A DNA stretch of 64,000 nt from an uncultured Lishizhenia sp. (GTDB lineage: Bacteria > Bacteroidota > Bacteroidia > Flavobacteriales_D > Crocinitomicaceae), in the NCBI GenBank assembly GCA_964534395.1, contig CAZHOW010000015.1, positions 517 through 64,516 on the forward strand. The letters are read 5' to 3'. Positions within the stretch are counted from its first letter, which is position 1. Every line of letters starts with the position of its first letter. This document shows, in pieces, positions 19,518 through 30,284 of the stretch. The notes beneath the pieces are model-generated. The model was not told the origin of the DNA, searched no databases, and saw only the letters and a program-made list of their open reading frames with translations. The translations under genes and the position numbers were made by a program.

Positions 19518-20624
19518 ATGATTATTGAACGCGTAATTATTTCCGGTGGAGGAACGGGAGGACACATTTTCCCTGCTATTGCGATTGCCGATGAAATAAA
19601 AAAAAGAAATCCATTGGCTAAAGTGCTATTTGTTGGTGCAAAAGGAAAAATGGAAATGGAGAAAGTGCCACAAGCAGGCTATAAAATCGAAGGACTTGAA
19701 ATTGCCGGATTCCAACGGAAATTCACGTTTTCCAATTTTTTATTACCTATCAAGATTGCAAAGAGTTTATTTAAAGCCAGAAGAATTATCAAGAAATTTA
19801 AGCCAGATTTGGTTATTGGTGTTGGAGGGTATGCAAGCGGCCCTACCTTGAAAATGGCACAATTCATAGGAATCCCAACCGTTATTCAAGAGCAAAATTC
19901 ATTTCCTGGCAAGACTAATCGGATGTTAGCAAAGAAAACAGAATGCATTTGCACGGCATACGAAGGAATGGAAAAGTATTTTCCAAAAACACGAGTTGTT
20001 TTAACTGGAAATCCTGTTCGTAAAGAGTTAACTGGCGCATCAAATTGCGAACGGCAAGAAGCACAAAAGGTTTTTAATTTAAATCCTGATTTACCGACAG
20101 TTTTGGTAATCGGTGGCAGTCTTGGAGCAAAAACCTTAAATCGTTCGATGTTGCACGGAGTTGAAGAATTCAATAAAGAAGGAGTTCAGCTCTTATGGCA
20201 ATGTGGTAAACACTACTTTGAACGTTTGCAGGATGAGTTAATAGTAAAAGATAAAACGAATATTCATTTGCACCAATTCATTTCTCGAATGGATTGTGCT
20301 TATTCTGCAGCGGATCTAATTATTTCTAGGGCTGGAGCCATTTCTGTTTCCGAATTAAGTATAGTCGGAAAACCGGTTATTTTGGTTCCATCACCGAATG
20401 TTTCGGAAGATCATCAAACAAAAAATGCCATGGCACTCGTGGAGAAAAATGCAGCATTGTTAGTTCGCGATACGGATGCCAGAGATGATTTAGTTGAAGA
20501 AGCATTGAAATTAATTAAAGACAACGACCGATGTCAACAGCTGTCTAAAGCCATTAAAAAATTAGAGAAACCAAATGCAGTGGCTGAAATCGTTGACATG
20601 TGTGAAAAAATATTAGATGAGTAA
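19518..20624 (+). CDS. murG: Undecaprenyl-PP-MurNAc-pentapeptide GlcNAc transferase
   Basis: 368 aa. GGTGGHIFPAIAIA N-terminus and RAGAISVSEL / DHQTKNA C-terminal motifs. Confidence 0.95.
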   Translation: MIIERVIISGGGTGGHIFPAIAIADEIKKRNPLAKVLFVGAKGKMEMEKVPQAGYKIEGLEIAGFQRKFTFSNFLLPIKIAKSLFKARRIIKKFKPDLVIGVGGYASGPTLKMAQFIGIPTVIQEQNSFPGKTNRMLAKKTECICTAYEGMEKYFPKTRVVLTGNPVRKELTGASNCERQEAQKVFNLNPDLPTVLVIGGSLGAKTLNRSMLHGVEEFNKEGVQLLWQCGKHYFERLQDELIVKDKTNIHLHQFISRMDCAYSAADLIISRAGAISVSELSIVGKPVILVPSPNVSEDHQTKNAMALVEKNAALLVRDTDARDDLVEEALKLIKDNDRCQQLSKAIKKLEKPNAVAEIVDMCEKILDE

Positions 20625-22005
20625 AACGAGTATTTCGGAACAATACAAGAATGTCTATTTCATCGGAATCGGTGGGATTGGAATGTCGGCACTTGCTCGT
20701 TATTTCAATTATCATGGATTGAAAGTAGCCGGCTATGATAAAACTCCTTCATCTTTGACTGAAAAATTAATTGAAGAAGGATGTGACATACATTTTGAAG
20801 ATTTAGGCGATGAAATTCCGAAGACCTTCAAAAACAAGGAAAAAACATTAGTTATTTACACGCCTGCAATTCCGAAAACTCACAAAGAATATAATTATTT
20901 CAATCAGAATAATTTCAACGTTCTTAAACGAGCAGAAGTTTTAGGATTACTAACACGTCAATCTAAAGGATTATGTGTCGCAGGAACCCACGGCAAGACA
21001 ACGACCAGTTCCATTTTGGCTCACATTCTAAATCAATCTAATTGGAAGTGTAACGCTTTTTTAGGAGGAATAGCAACCAATTTTAATTCAAATTTGGTTC
21101 TTTCGGAAACAAGCGATTATACTGTTATTGAAGCCGATGAATTTGATCGGTCATTTTTACATCTCTCACCATTTGCAAGCATTGTTACAGCCGTTGATCC
21201 GGATCATTTGGACATTTATGGCAATGAAGACCAATTTAAAGAAGGCTTTAGACAATATGCCATGAAAACTGAAATGCAAGGATTCTTGATTCAAAAAGAA
21301 GGGTTAGCATTGAATTCACTTTCAAAAAGTTATACCTATTCGATAAACTCACCAACTGCTAATTATTCACTACAAAATTTATCATGGACAGATGGATTTC
21401 TTTTCGGAGATGTTCGACTGAGAAATGGATTTTGGCCTCGCGTTAAATTTGGAATTCCTGGAATTCACAATGCTGAAAATGCCCTCGCTTGCATTGCTTT
21501 ATTGAACGAAATGGGAATGGATGAGCAAACAATGCGAAAAGGAATCGAGTCATTTGCAGGAGTAAAACGAAGATTTGAGTTTTGTGTTCGAACAGAAAAA
21601 CTAGTTTACATCGACGATTATGCCCATCATCCCGAGGAAATCAAAGTCTTAATTGATTCGATAAAAATGTTCTATCCAAATCAAAAGATTACTGGGATTT
21701 TCCAACCTCATTTATTCACCAGAACACGCGATTTTGCAGATGGATTTGCCAAGGAATTATCCCGCTTGGATGAGCTTGTTTTGATGCCAATTTACCCAGC
21801 AAGAGAGGAGCCAATTCACGGAATTACAAGCGATTGGCTTTTACAAAAGATTAAATGTGATAAGAAATCATTGAAATCACCTTCGGAAGTTTTACAACAT
21901 TTCTCCAAATTTAAAAAGGGGATCGTTTTAACAATAGGTGCAGGTGACATTGATCGAATTGTCAATCCTTTGACTGAAATATTAAACTCGAATCTTGATG
22001 ATTAA
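20617..22005 (+). CDS. murC: UDP-N-acetylmuramate--L-alanine ligase
   Basis: 462 aa. FIGIGGIGMSALA, AGTHGKTTTSS, DDYAHHPEEI motifs. Confidence 0.95.
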   Translation: MSKTSISEQYKNVYFIGIGGIGMSALARYFNYHGLKVAGYDKTPSSLTEKLIEEGCDIHFEDLGDEIPKTFKNKEKTLVIYTPAIPKTHKEYNYFNQNNFNVLKRAEVLGLLTRQSKGLCVAGTHGKTTTSSILAHILNQSNWKCNAFLGGIATNFNSNLVLSETSDYTVIEADEFDRSFLHLSPFASIVTAVDPDHLDIYGNEDQFKEGFRQYAMKTEMQGFLIQKEGLALNSLSKSYTYSINSPTANYSLQNLSWTDGFLFGDVRLRNGFWPRVKFGIPGIHNAENALACIALLNEMGMDEQTMRKGIESFAGVKRRFEFCVRTEKLVYIDDYAHHPEEIKVLIDSIKMFYPNQKITGIFQPHLFTRTRDFADGFAKELSRLDELVLMPIYPAREEPIHGITSDWLLQKIKCDKKSLKSPSEVLQHFSKFKKGIVLTIGAGDIDRIVNPLTEILNSNLDD

Positions 22006-22795
22006 AAAATGGCTTAAACTGGTTTTTTGGATTTTAATTTTTGTTGGAACTATAACTGTATTTGTTTTTTCAAAAAAGGAGGAGAATAAAAAGGTTATTG
22101 AATCACCTGCTATTTCCATTCATGTGGATGGAGAAACATTTTTAACTGAGGATGAACTAATGCTGCGATTAAAAAATGCTGGGCTGTTGATTCCAAATCA
22201 AAAAAACGAACAACTCGACATTCGAAAAATAGAACGTAAACTAGCTTCAATGGAAGAAGTGAATAAAGTAGATGTTTTTCGTGAAATTGGAAAAAAATGG
22301 AATATCCGTATTATATTAAGAAAGCCTATTGCACGTATTTTTAACACATCCAACCAAACTTTCTACATAGATGAAGACGGATTTCTTATGCATAGATCAG
22401 TAAATCATACAGCCCGAGTGGTCGTTTTTTCAGGCTTTTTACATGATCGTTTTTTTAAGGGTTCAATTACCAATTTTATTAACAATGATTCCTTGAAAAG
22501 TATTAAAAAATTGGACGATGTCTTTCGAATTTCAAATTATGTTTGTAACCATCCATTAATGTATAAATTAATCGGTCAAGTTTACCTCGAAAGAAATGGT
22601 GATTTTGTTCTGATTCCATTAGTGGGAGACCAAAAGATAGTTTTCGGAACGGCCAATACTGATGAAGAAGTCGCTGAAAAATTTAGTCGATTGACAACAT
22701 TTTATAAAGAAGCAATTTCATTTGAAGGTTGGAATAAATATAGTGAAATAAGTGTCAAATATGATGGACAAATCGTATGTAGAAAAAGGAGTTAG
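21998..22795 (+). CDS. ftsQ: FtsQ-like cell-division protein (TM anchor plus POTRA-like domain)
   Basis: About 265 aa, single N-terminal TM helix (LVFWILIFVGTITVFVF). Position between murC and ftsA. ATG at 21998 preferred over the TTG at 21995. Confidence 0.7.
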   Translation: MIKKWLKLVFWILIFVGTITVFVFSKKEENKKVIESPAISIHVDGETFLTEDELMLRLKNAGLLIPNQKNEQLDIRKIERKLASMEEVNKVDVFREIGKKWNIRIILRKPIARIFNTSNQTFYIDEDGFLMHRSVNHTARVVVFSGFLHDRFFKGSITNFINNDSLKSIKKLDDVFRISNYVCNHPLMYKLIGQVYLERNGDFVLIPLVGDQKIVFGTANTDEEVAEKFSRLTTFYKEAISFEGWNKYSEISVKYDGQIVCRKRS

Positions 22796-24137
22796 CGCTA
22801 TTAAGAAAACCAAAATAGTGGTTGGATTAGACATTGGCACTACTAAAATCGCCTGTTTTGTTGGTCGTCGCAATGAACACAATAAAATTGAAATTATTTC
22901 AATGGGTAAAAGTGAATCACTGGGCGTAATGCGCGGTGTTGTTTCGAACATTGAAAAAACAATTCAATCCATAAATGCAGCTGTTGAAGAAACAAAAAAC
23001 ACAACTGAAGGAGAATTATCGATACGAAATGTGAATGTTGGTATTGCCGGGCAACATATTAAAAGTCTGCAACATCGAGGTATGTACACACGACGTAACA
23101 AAAATGGTGAAATATCGCAAGCAGACATCAATGCCTTTGTAGATGACATGTACAATATGGTAATGGCACCAGGTGAGGAAATCATTACAGTGATACCACA
23201 GGAATATATTGTTGATGGAGAAAGAGAGATCAAAGATCCGATTGGAATGGCAGGAGTAAGATTGGAAGCCAACTTTCATGTAATTACGGGCCAAGTCACC
23301 AATGTTTTGAATATCAAAAAATGCGTTGACCGCGCGGGTTTGAATGTACGAGAAATTATTTTAGAACCAATTGCTTCTGCAGATGCGGTTTTAAGTGACG
23401 AGGAAAAAGAAGCTGGGGTTGTGCTTGTTGATATAGGTGGTGGAACAACTGACGTAGCAATTTTTCAAGATGGGATTATTCGTCACACAGCTGTAATTCC
23501 TTTTGGTGGAAACGTAATTACCCAAGATATCCGAGAAGGCTGTCAAATTTTACCACGCCACGCCGAAGCATTAAAAGTTCGATTTGGGAGTGCACTTGCA
23601 TCTGAAAGTAAAACAAATGAAGTTGTTTGCATTCCTGGACTTCGTGGTCGCGATCCTAAGGAAATTACCTTGCACAATTTAGCCAGTATCATCCAAGCTC
23701 GAATGGAAGAGATAATTGAATTGGTAAATTATGAAATTAAAAATTCAGGGTACGCTAAAAAACTTATAGGCGGAATTGTTGTAACTGGTGGAGGATCTCA
23801 ATTGAAACATTTAACACAATTGTTTGAGTATCTAACTGGAATGGATACGCGCATTGGTTATCCAACAGAACATCTAGCGAATACGAACAATCTTGAGGAT
23901 TTAGCCAGTCCTATATATGCAACAGGAATTGGATTAGTATTAAATGGATTCCAAACAATGGATCGACTTTCAATAGAAAGTGGAGAGGTCAAACAAGCTA
24001 ATGAAAAAGAACAAGACAAATACAAAGATCTACCGCCTACACATTCCGATCCAAATAAAAGAGGTAAATTCTTTGACAAGATTTTAAAGAAAACAAGGGA
24101 TTTCTTTGATGATAATGATGAAAACGACGGTAAATAA
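22761..24137 (+). CDS. ftsA: Cell-division protein FtsA
   Basis: Actin-fold motifs VGLDIGTTKI, VDIGGGTTDVAIF, VVTGGGSQL. The track starts at a GTG at 22752; the first ATG is at 22761. Overlaps the ftsQ end. Confidence 0.9.
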   Translation: MMDKSYVEKGVSAIKKTKIVVGLDIGTTKIACFVGRRNEHNKIEIISMGKSESLGVMRGVVSNIEKTIQSINAAVEETKNTTEGELSIRNVNVGIAGQHIKSLQHRGMYTRRNKNGEISQADINAFVDDMYNMVMAPGEEIITVIPQEYIVDGEREIKDPIGMAGVRLEANFHVITGQVTNVLNIKKCVDRAGLNVREIILEPIASADAVLSDEEKEAGVVLVDIGGGTTDVAIFQDGIIRHTAVIPFGGNVITQDIREGCQILPRHAEALKVRFGSALASESKTNEVVCIPGLRGRDPKEITLHNLASIIQARMEEIIELVNYEIKNSGYAKKLIGGIVVTGGGSQLKHLTQLFEYLTGMDTRIGYPTEHLANTNNLEDLASPIYATGIGLVLNGFQTMDRLSIESGEVKQANEKEQDKYKDLPPTHSDPNKRGKFFDKILKKTRDFFDDNDENDGK

Positions 24138-24165
24138 TAAAAAACTAAATTAAAAATAAAAGAAT

Positions 24166-25995
24166 ATGGAATTTGATATCCCAAGAGAAACAAGCTCAAT
24201 AATTAAAGTTATTGGAGTAGGTGGTGGCGGTAGCAACGCTGTTAATCACATGTACAATCAAGGTATTGTTGGAGTGGACTTTATAGTTTGCAATACAGAC
24301 CGACAAGCATTGGATATTTCACCCGTTCCACATAAAGTTCAATTGGGTCCGGCACTTACTGAAGGTCGTGGAGCTGGAATGCTTCCTGAAGTAGGTATGC
24401 AAGCAGCAATCGAAAATATCGAAGAAATTAGAGAATTACTTTCCAAGAATACCAAGATGGTTTTTGTTACTGCTGGGATGGGCGGTGGAACAGGAACCGG
24501 AGCTGCTCCGGTGATTGCTCAAGTTGCAAAAGACCTTGGTATTTTAACTGTAGGAATCGTAACTGTTCCTTTCAACTTTGAAGGAAGAAAAAGAAGACAA
24601 CAAGCTGAAGAAGGTTTGGAGAGAATGCGTCAAAACGTAGATACACTTTTGATTATCAACAACGAACGTTTACGAGAGTTTGGCAAGAATATGTCTTTGA
24701 CAGATGCTTTTTCTCATGCTGACAACATCCTAACTGTTGCTGCAAAGGGAATTGCTGAAGTGATTTCAGTAACAGGAATTATCAATGTTGATTTTAACGA
24801 TGTTAATACTGTTCTTAGAAATAGTGGTCAAGCAATTATGGGTAGTGCTATGGCAGAAGGTGATGATCGAGCTATTGTTGCAGTTAAAAACGCATTGACT
24901 TCACCATTATTAAATGACAATGACATAAATGGAGCAAGATATGTTTTATTGAATATCACTTATGGTAGCAAGGAAGTGATGATGGATGAAATTACTGAAA
25001 TTACCGATTACATTCAAGATGCTGCCGGTGCAACAGCTGATGTTATTTGGGGACACGGTTTCGATGCTTCACTTGGTGAGAAATTGAGTATTACACTAAT
25101 AGCAACAGGCTTTAGTTCAACACCAATTACGGGTTTTGAAAAAGCTCCAGAGAGAAAAATCGTTTCTCTGGAGGATGAAAATAAGAAGGAAATTACTGCT
25201 CCATTGGTTTCTCCTTTTGAACAAGCAGTTGTAAGTCCTACTGTTCAAGAGCAACTAACACAAGAACCATTCTTAAAAACAGAACCTTCTGTTGAAAACG
25301 TAATTCCATCTGGAACATTCACACCAGTTGTAGAGGAAAAGAAATCATTTGATTTATTTGATTCTACCAACACATTAAACAATGAAACCGATGTTCAATT
25401 GACTAATACGTCAGATCAAGCATCGGACGAAACTCTTTCAAATGAAATAATTGAAAGCACATCAGTCAATGAATCGATTTCGTATGTTTCGAATGATGAA
25501 AATGTACAATCTTCTTTTAATACGTTGGAAGAGCCAATTTCAGAGGCAAAACCTGAATTTACCTGGGATGTGATTGATACAACAATCGAAAACGAAAATG
25601 TGGAAGAGGTAAAAGAGGAAGCTCGTCCATTCACACTTTTTGATAACCCCGTAAATTCTGAGCCTTCTAAACCTGAAGTTGTTCGTCACATGCTTGAGGA
25701 TGATACGAACGAAAAATTGAGCTTTGAGCAAACAAAGAAAGTTCTTTCTCCTGAAGAGCAACAACGCAAAGCTCAGGAGCGTGTTTCTAAAATTCAAGAA
25801 TATACTGCAAAATTGAAAAAAGCGGATGGAATCGCAGAATTTGAAAACGAACCAGCTTTTGTGAGAAGAAACATTAACCTAAATAATTCTATCCCAAGTT
25901 CAGAAGAATCGTTTTCTCGCTTCGGACTCTCATCTGATAGCGAAGGTAAAACAGGGCTAAGAACTAATAATTTCCTTCACGATAACGTTGACTAA
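24166..25995 (+). CDS. ftsZ: Cell-division GTPase FtsZ with long acidic C-terminal linker
   Basis: 609 aa. Tubulin signature [10 protein letters not shown] and NTDRQAL. Linker rich in E/S/T/N. Conserved C-terminal peptide region EPAFVRR, ending ..FLHDNVD. Confidence 0.97.
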   Translation: MEFDIPRETSSIIKVIGVGGGGSNAVNHMYNQGIVGVDFIVCNTDRQALDISPVPHKVQLGPALTEGRGAGMLPEVGMQAAIENIEEIRELLSKNTKMVFVTAGMGGGTGTGAAPVIAQVAKDLGILTVGIVTVPFNFEGRKRRQQAEEGLERMRQNVDTLLIINNERLREFGKNMSLTDAFSHADNILTVAAKGIAEVISVTGIINVDFNDVNTVLRNSGQAIMGSAMAEGDDRAIVAVKNALTSPLLNDNDINGARYVLLNITYGSKEVMMDEITEITDYIQDAAGATADVIWGHGFDASLGEKLSITLIATGFSSTPITGFEKAPERKIVSLEDENKKEITAPLVSPFEQAVVSPTVQEQLTQEPFLKTEPSVENVIPSGTFTPVVEEKKSFDLFDSTNTLNNETDVQLTNTSDQASDETLSNEIIESTSVNESISYVSNDENVQSSFNTLEEPISEAKPEFTWDVIDTTIENENVEEVKEEARPFTLFDNPVNSEPSKPEVVRHMLEDDTNEKLSFEQTKKVLSPEEQQRKAQERVSKIQEYTAKLKKADGIAEFENEPAFVRRNINLNNSIPSSEESFSRFGLSSDSEGKTGLRTNNFLHDNVD

Positions 25996-26444
25996 TGAGT
26001 TTTACGGCAAAAATTAACGATGCTATCAAGCAAGCTATGCTTTCAAAAGAAAAAGAGCGTTTAGCGGCTTTGCGTGATATTAAATCTAAATTACTTCTGG
26101 AGGCCACATCCGGTGCGGGTGCCGAGGTAAGTGATGAAGCTGCAATGAAAATATGTTTGAAACTACACAAACAGCGTATGGAGACATTTGAGCTTTATAA
26201 TACGCAAGGAAGAAAAGATTTAGCAGATGAAGAATTATTTCAAGCGAAAGTAATAGAAGAATATTTGCCAAAAATGTTAACTGAAGACGAAATCCGTTCA
26301 GAAGTCATGAAAGCTATTTCTGAAACTGGAGCATCTGGACCACAAGAAATGGGCAAAGTGATGGGGATTCTAACAGGAAAGTTAGTAGGTAAAGCAGACG
26401 GGAAAGTTATCTCGTCAATCGTGAAAGAACAACTTAGTAAATAA
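25995..26444 (+). CDS. GatB/YqeY-domain protein
   Basis: 149 aa, helical, INDAIKQAMLSKEKERLAALRDIKS type N-terminus. ATG shares one base with the ftsZ TAA (TAATG). Confidence 0.8.
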   Translation: MSFTAKINDAIKQAMLSKEKERLAALRDIKSKLLLEATSGAGAEVSDEAAMKICLKLHKQRMETFELYNTQGRKDLADEELFQAKVIEEYLPKMLTEDEIRSEVMKAISETGASGPQEMGKVMGILTGKLVGKADGKVISSIVKEQLSK

Positions 26445-26463
26445 CAAACAACAAATCAAATAG

Positions 26464-26499
26464 AGAGGTTATCATTCAATGGTAACCTCTTTTTGTTTT
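26464..26499 (+). terminator. Rho-independent terminator closing the dcw-yqeY transcription unit
   Basis: 10-bp stem AGAGGTTATC / GGTAACCTCT (one G-U pair), 7-nt loop, followed by TTTTGTTTT. Starts 20 nt after the yqeY stop. Confidence 0.8.
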
Positions 26500-26519
26500 A
26501 CATTTGCCGAAAATTTATT

Positions 26520-27113
26520 ATGTCATTGCATGAAGAAATAGCAAAAGTAATTCGTCACTATCATTCCAAAGGTTGGTCCCCCGCAACGTCGACAAATTAT
26601 TCATTTAAGGATGAAAAAAGCCAAATTTGGATTTCTAGATCGGGTGTTGATAAAAGCGAATTTAAAAGTGAAGATTTCATAAAAATCGATTTGAAAGGAG
26701 ATGCGATTGAAGAATATTCCAATATAAAACCATCTGCAGAAACATTAATTCATTGTTTCATATACGAAATGTTTCCTGAAACGAAAGTTATTTTACACAG
26801 TCACGGAGTTAATCCGGTTGCGATTTCTGCTATTGAAAAATCTGAAGTAACATTTGAAGGGTTTGAAATTCAGAAAGGGTTTGACGGACAAACGTCTCAT
26901 CTGAACCAAATCAAAATTCCAATATTCGATAATTCACAGGAGATGTCGTTCTTCGAAAAGGAGCTGATTTATAAACGGTCGCATTTAACCAATCATTGTT
27001 TTATCATACGAAAACATGGAACTTATGCATGGGGGAAAAGTTTATTTGAGGCAAAGCGCCATTTGGAGACCTTGGATTATCTTTGTGAATGTAAATTGAA
27101 AATGATTAAATAA
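26520..27113 (+). CDS. mtnB: Methylthioribulose-1-phosphate dehydratase (class II aldolase fold)
   Basis: KGWSPATSTNYSF, SRSGVDK, KPSAETLIH, ILHSHG motifs. ATG at 26520 preferred because the track start at 26493 lies in the terminator tail. Confidence 0.8.
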   Translation: MSLHEEIAKVIRHYHSKGWSPATSTNYSFKDEKSQIWISRSGVDKSEFKSEDFIKIDLKGDAIEEYSNIKPSAETLIHCFIYEMFPETKVILHSHGVNPVAISAIEKSEVTFEGFEIQKGFDGQTSHLNQIKIPIFDNSQEMSFFEKELIYKRSHLTNHCFIIRKHGTYAWGKSLFEAKRHLETLDYLCECKLKMIK

Positions 27114-27119
27114 TCTGAT

Positions 27120-27668
27120 ATGGCCATTTTATCCATTCCTGAAAAAAACCTAACAATCAACGATCCTGTTGAAATACGTAAATTTTTCACGAGTCGAGGT
27201 ATTTTCTTCGATCAATGGTTTTGTGATGTTGAATTTGAAGATACAGCTTCACAAGAGGACATTTTGAAAGCTTATTCCAGGGACTTAGATCCATTTATGA
27301 AAAATGGCGGTTACCTAACTGCTGATGTGATTTCAATAAATTCCTTAACCGAAAACTATGAAGCAATTCGTAATAAATTCCTTTCTGAACATACGCATAC
27401 AGAGGATGAAATACGTTTCTTTGTGGATGGGAAGGGATTGTTTTGGTTCAATCTTGAAAAAGAACCTGTCTTCAATTTGCTGTGTGAGCGTGGGGACTTA
27501 ATCAGCGTTCCTGCCGGAACTAAACATTGGTTTGATGCAGGAGAATCAAATCCGTTTGTAAAAGCCATTCGAATTTTTATCGATATGAGTGGTTGGGTTC
27601 CTCATTATACAGATTCTGGAATGGAACAAAAATTCAATGATTTTAAATTCCCCACTCGTGTCGGATAA
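27120..27668 (+). CDS. mtnD: Acireductone dioxygenase (ARD, cupin)
   Basis: 182 aa. Cupin metal motif EHTHTEDEIRFFVDG ... GTKHWF. Confidence 0.85.
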   Translation: MAILSIPEKNLTINDPVEIRKFFTSRGIFFDQWFCDVEFEDTASQEDILKAYSRDLDPFMKNGGYLTADVISINSLTENYEAIRNKFLSEHTHTEDEIRFFVDGKGLFWFNLEKEPVFNLLCERGDLISVPAGTKHWFDAGESNPFVKAIRIFIDMSGWVPHYTDSGMEQKFNDFKFPTRVG

Positions 27669-28356
27669 AATTGAATATGTTTTAACGGATATTGAAGGAA
27701 CGACTACTTCAGTTTCATTTGTTTACGATGTGTTATTTCCATATTTCCGTGAACATATTTGGAACTTGAGGAATATGACTGGAATTGTGGAGGTTAAAAA
27801 TGCTTTCGAAGAAACCAAAGCAATAGTTTTAAAGGAGGATGACATTGAACTTAAATCTATCGAGGAGATAATTGAAAAACTTAATCAATGGTGTATCGAA
27901 GATCGAAAAATAACGCCTCTAAAAACACTTCAAGGTCTACTTTGGAAAATTGGATACGAAAAAGGTGTTTTGAAAGGTCACGTATATGAAGATGTTCCAA
28001 TTAACTTGCAGAAATGGCAGAGGATGGGATTGAAGATGGGCGTATTTTCATCCGGATCAATTGAAGCTCAAAAGCTCATTTTTGGCTTCAGCGAAAAGGG
28101 TGACTTAAGATCTTTCTTTTCGAATTATTTCGATACTCAAACAGGAATGAAGCGAGCTAACGAAACGTATACCAAAATCGCTCAACTATTAAAATTAGAA
28201 CCGAATAGGATTTTATTTCTCTCCGACATTATTCAAGAATTAGAAGCTGCTCAAAAAGCTGGATTTAAAACGATACAAATAGTAAGGCCTGGAACTAAAA
28301 AAGAATGGGGGGATTCAGTATCCGAGTTCACTGAAATAAAAATAAATAATGTCTAA
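27637..28356 (+). CDS. mtnC: Enolase-phosphatase E1 (HAD superfamily)
   Basis: VLTDIEGTTTSVSFVYDVLFPY N-terminal HAD motif I, SSGS motif, LFLSD motif. Start is uncertain (ATG 27637 or GTG 27658); both overlap the mtnD end. Confidence 0.8.
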   Translation: MILNSPLVSDKIEYVLTDIEGTTTSVSFVYDVLFPYFREHIWNLRNMTGIVEVKNAFEETKAIVLKEDDIELKSIEEIIEKLNQWCIEDRKITPLKTLQGLLWKIGYEKGVLKGHVYEDVPINLQKWQRMGLKMGVFSSGSIEAQKLIFGFSEKGDLRSFFSNYFDTQTGMKRANETYTKIAQLLKLEPNRILFLSDIIQELEAAQKAGFKTIQIVRPGTKKEWGDSVSEFTEIKINNV

Positions 28357-28739
28357 CCTTTCGTGTTTGGTTTTGGCTCCACAAAAATCTTGAATCGAAG
28401 TTTTTCCCTTCGCTTGGATGAATTTGTATTTAGAATAATGGAATGATCCTGATGATATAACTTCCCATTCGTGTCGAAAAAAACTTCTAATCGACCATCT
28501 TCACCTGGTTTAATGATTTCATTCGATAAATTGACAGCAATACAAGAACATTGGACGTCAACAGAATAAATTTCTAGAGGTATTGATCCCGAATTTTTAA
28601 ATTCAAAAACGAAATTACGTTTGGTTCCCTCCAGAGTTTTTGGAAACTTAACAACTGAATATTTAACGTTAAAAACCGCCTCTTGACCAAAGCCAAGGGC
28701 GGTTTTAAAAAAAAGTATACTGAAAAATATTTTTTTCAA
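28353..28739 (-). CDS. DUF1573-like secreted protein (divergent copy)
   Basis: 128 aa, signal peptide, F.F.N.G..PL.I......C.C pattern (FEFKNSGSIPLEIYSVDVQCSCIAV). Only a TTG start is available, directly abutting the upstream stop. Confidence 0.6.
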   Translation of the reverse strand: MKKIFFSILFFKTALGFGQEAVFNVKYSVVKFPKTLEGTKRNFVFEFKNSGSIPLEIYSVDVQCSCIAVNLSNEIIKPGEDGRLEVFFDTNGKLYHQDHSIILNTNSSKRREKLRFKIFVEPKPNTKG

Positions 28740-29183
28740 TTAGTTGTTTGTTGGTGCACCTGAATTATTAACAGGTGTTCCTACTTCTGGAGCTGGACCT
28801 ACTTCTCCTTTGATACGAATCACTTTATTTGGCTCATTAACAGCGTTCGAAGTAATTGTAACACTTTTATTGATGGGACCAGGTCTTTTTGTATCGTACT
28901 TTACACGAATAGATCCTTTTGCTCCTGGTGCGATTGGCTCCTTCGGCCACTCTGGAACTGTACATCCACAAGAACCTTTTGCATTCGAAATGATTAAAGG
29001 TTCATCTCCTGTGTTTTTAAATTCGAACGTACAATATGGATCACCATCATACTTAATGTTTCCATAGTCATGCGTTTCCTTGCTAAACTCAATTTTTGCA
29101 CCTTTTTCAACTTGTGCTATTGCCTCAACTGAAACCAAACTAGCTCCAAGTAAAAGTGCGAAAGAAAAGAATAATTTTTTCAT
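28740..29183 (-). CDS. DUF1573-domain secreted protein
   Basis: 147 aa, signal peptide. HDYGNIKYDGDPYCTFEFKNTGDEPLIISNAKGSCGCTVPEWPKEPIAPG matches the DUF1573 signature as I remember it. Confidence 0.75.
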   Translation of the reverse strand: MKKLFFSFALLLGASLVSVEAIAQVEKGAKIEFSKETHDYGNIKYDGDPYCTFEFKNTGDEPLIISNAKGSCGCTVPEWPKEPIAPGAKGSIRVKYDTKRPGPINKSVTITSNAVNEPNKVIRIKGEVGPAPEVGTPVNNSGAPTNN

Positions 29184-29265
29184 GGTTTTAAAATTTTATA
29201 ATTCAAATTTAAACAACAAGATTCGAACCAATTTTATTTTAACAGAACGTTAACAATGAAAAATA

Positions 29266-30276
29266 TCAGAATTTATCGCGTTTCAACCAACCTTTCTTGG
29301 TAAAATAGATCATCAAACTTAGAATGATTAACAACATGACACCCCAAATCATGAAATAACCATATCTCCATTTTAGCTCGGGCATGTAGTCGAAATTCAT
29401 GCCATAAACACCGACGATAAATGTTAAAGGAATGAATAATGAACTAACTACGGTAAGCATTTTCATAATTTCATTCATACGCTGTCCTTGAGCGGCATAG
29501 AAAAGATTTGACATGCCTTCTAAAATTTGCTTATTTGCGTCAATTTCCTCCAGGGCGCTCATACAAGCTGATTTCAAATTTGAAAAATAATAAAAGTTTG
29601 ATCGGTCAAGAAGATTGCTTTCACTGTGTTCTAATTGCATTGTAACATCTCGCATCGGCTGAACTATCTTTCTTAATTCGATTAATCGCCTTTTCTCTAC
29701 TTCTATTTCCTTAAAAATACTTTTGTTCTCAGACACATGCAATTTGGCCTCTATAACTGTTATATTATCCGCTATTGTCTCCAATACTTCAAAGTAATTG
29801 TCAATAATTGACTCAAGCATGCGAAACAATAAAAAGTCAGTCCCCTTTGAACGGATTTTCCCTCTTCCCTTTTCAATGCGATCTCGGACATCTGTAAAAT
29901 GATCAGACGACTTCTCCTGAAACGAAATCAAATAGTTTTCGCCCAAAATAAAAGTAATTTGTTCCTGATTGAGCGTTGACAGATCTAATTCATCTGGTAG
30001 TGCAGATTTAACACTAAAAAACATGTAGCTCGGATATTCCTCTACTTTTGGTCTTCGAATGGCGCAGTAAATACTTTCGATTGATAATTTTTCAACTCCC
30101 AATTTCGAACAGATTTTTTCAATAGATACTTGATCAGACAAGCTGTGAAAATTCAACCAAGAAACATAGTCTGAATCGATCTCGGATTCTACAAAATCAT
30201 TTACGAAATGATTAGCTTCATCCTTTTCAACCGCATAAAAACTTGAATTAAACTTATAAAGTTGACATTCAGACAT
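29266..30276 (-). CDS. corA: CorA-family magnesium/cobalt transporter
   Basis: 336 aa. Two C-terminal TM helices with the YGMNF (GMN) motif. Confidence 0.9.
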   Translation of the reverse strand: MSECQLYKFNSSFYAVEKDEANHFVNDFVESEIDSDYVSWLNFHSLSDQVSIEKICSKLGVEKLSIESIYCAIRRPKVEEYPSYMFFSVKSALPDELDLSTLNQEQITFILGENYLISFQEKSSDHFTDVRDRIEKGRGKIRSKGTDFLLFRMLESIIDNYFEVLETIADNITVIEAKLHVSENKSIFKEIEVEKRRLIELRKIVQPMRDVTMQLEHSESNLLDRSNFYYFSNLKSACMSALEEIDANKQILEGMSNLFYAAQGQRMNEIMKMLTVVSSLFIPLTFIVGVYGMNFDYMPELKWRYGYFMIWGVMLLIILSLMIYFTKKGWLKRDKF

Positions 30277-30284
30277 ATGTTCAT

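Noticed and set aside
25100-25995. Very long acidic FtsZ C-terminal region, with about 45 residues after the EPAFVRR peptide
   Set aside because: Long linkers and a terminal ..FLHDNVD-type tail are, as far as I recall, normal for Flavobacteriia FtsZ. Not anomalous.
26520-28356. mtnB-mtnD-mtnC next to the dcw cluster without mtnA/mtnK, considered as an unusual partial methionine-salvage island
   Set aside because: The missing steps are commonly encoded elsewhere in the genome. Nothing in the sequence itself is abnormal apart from an ordinary gene overlap.
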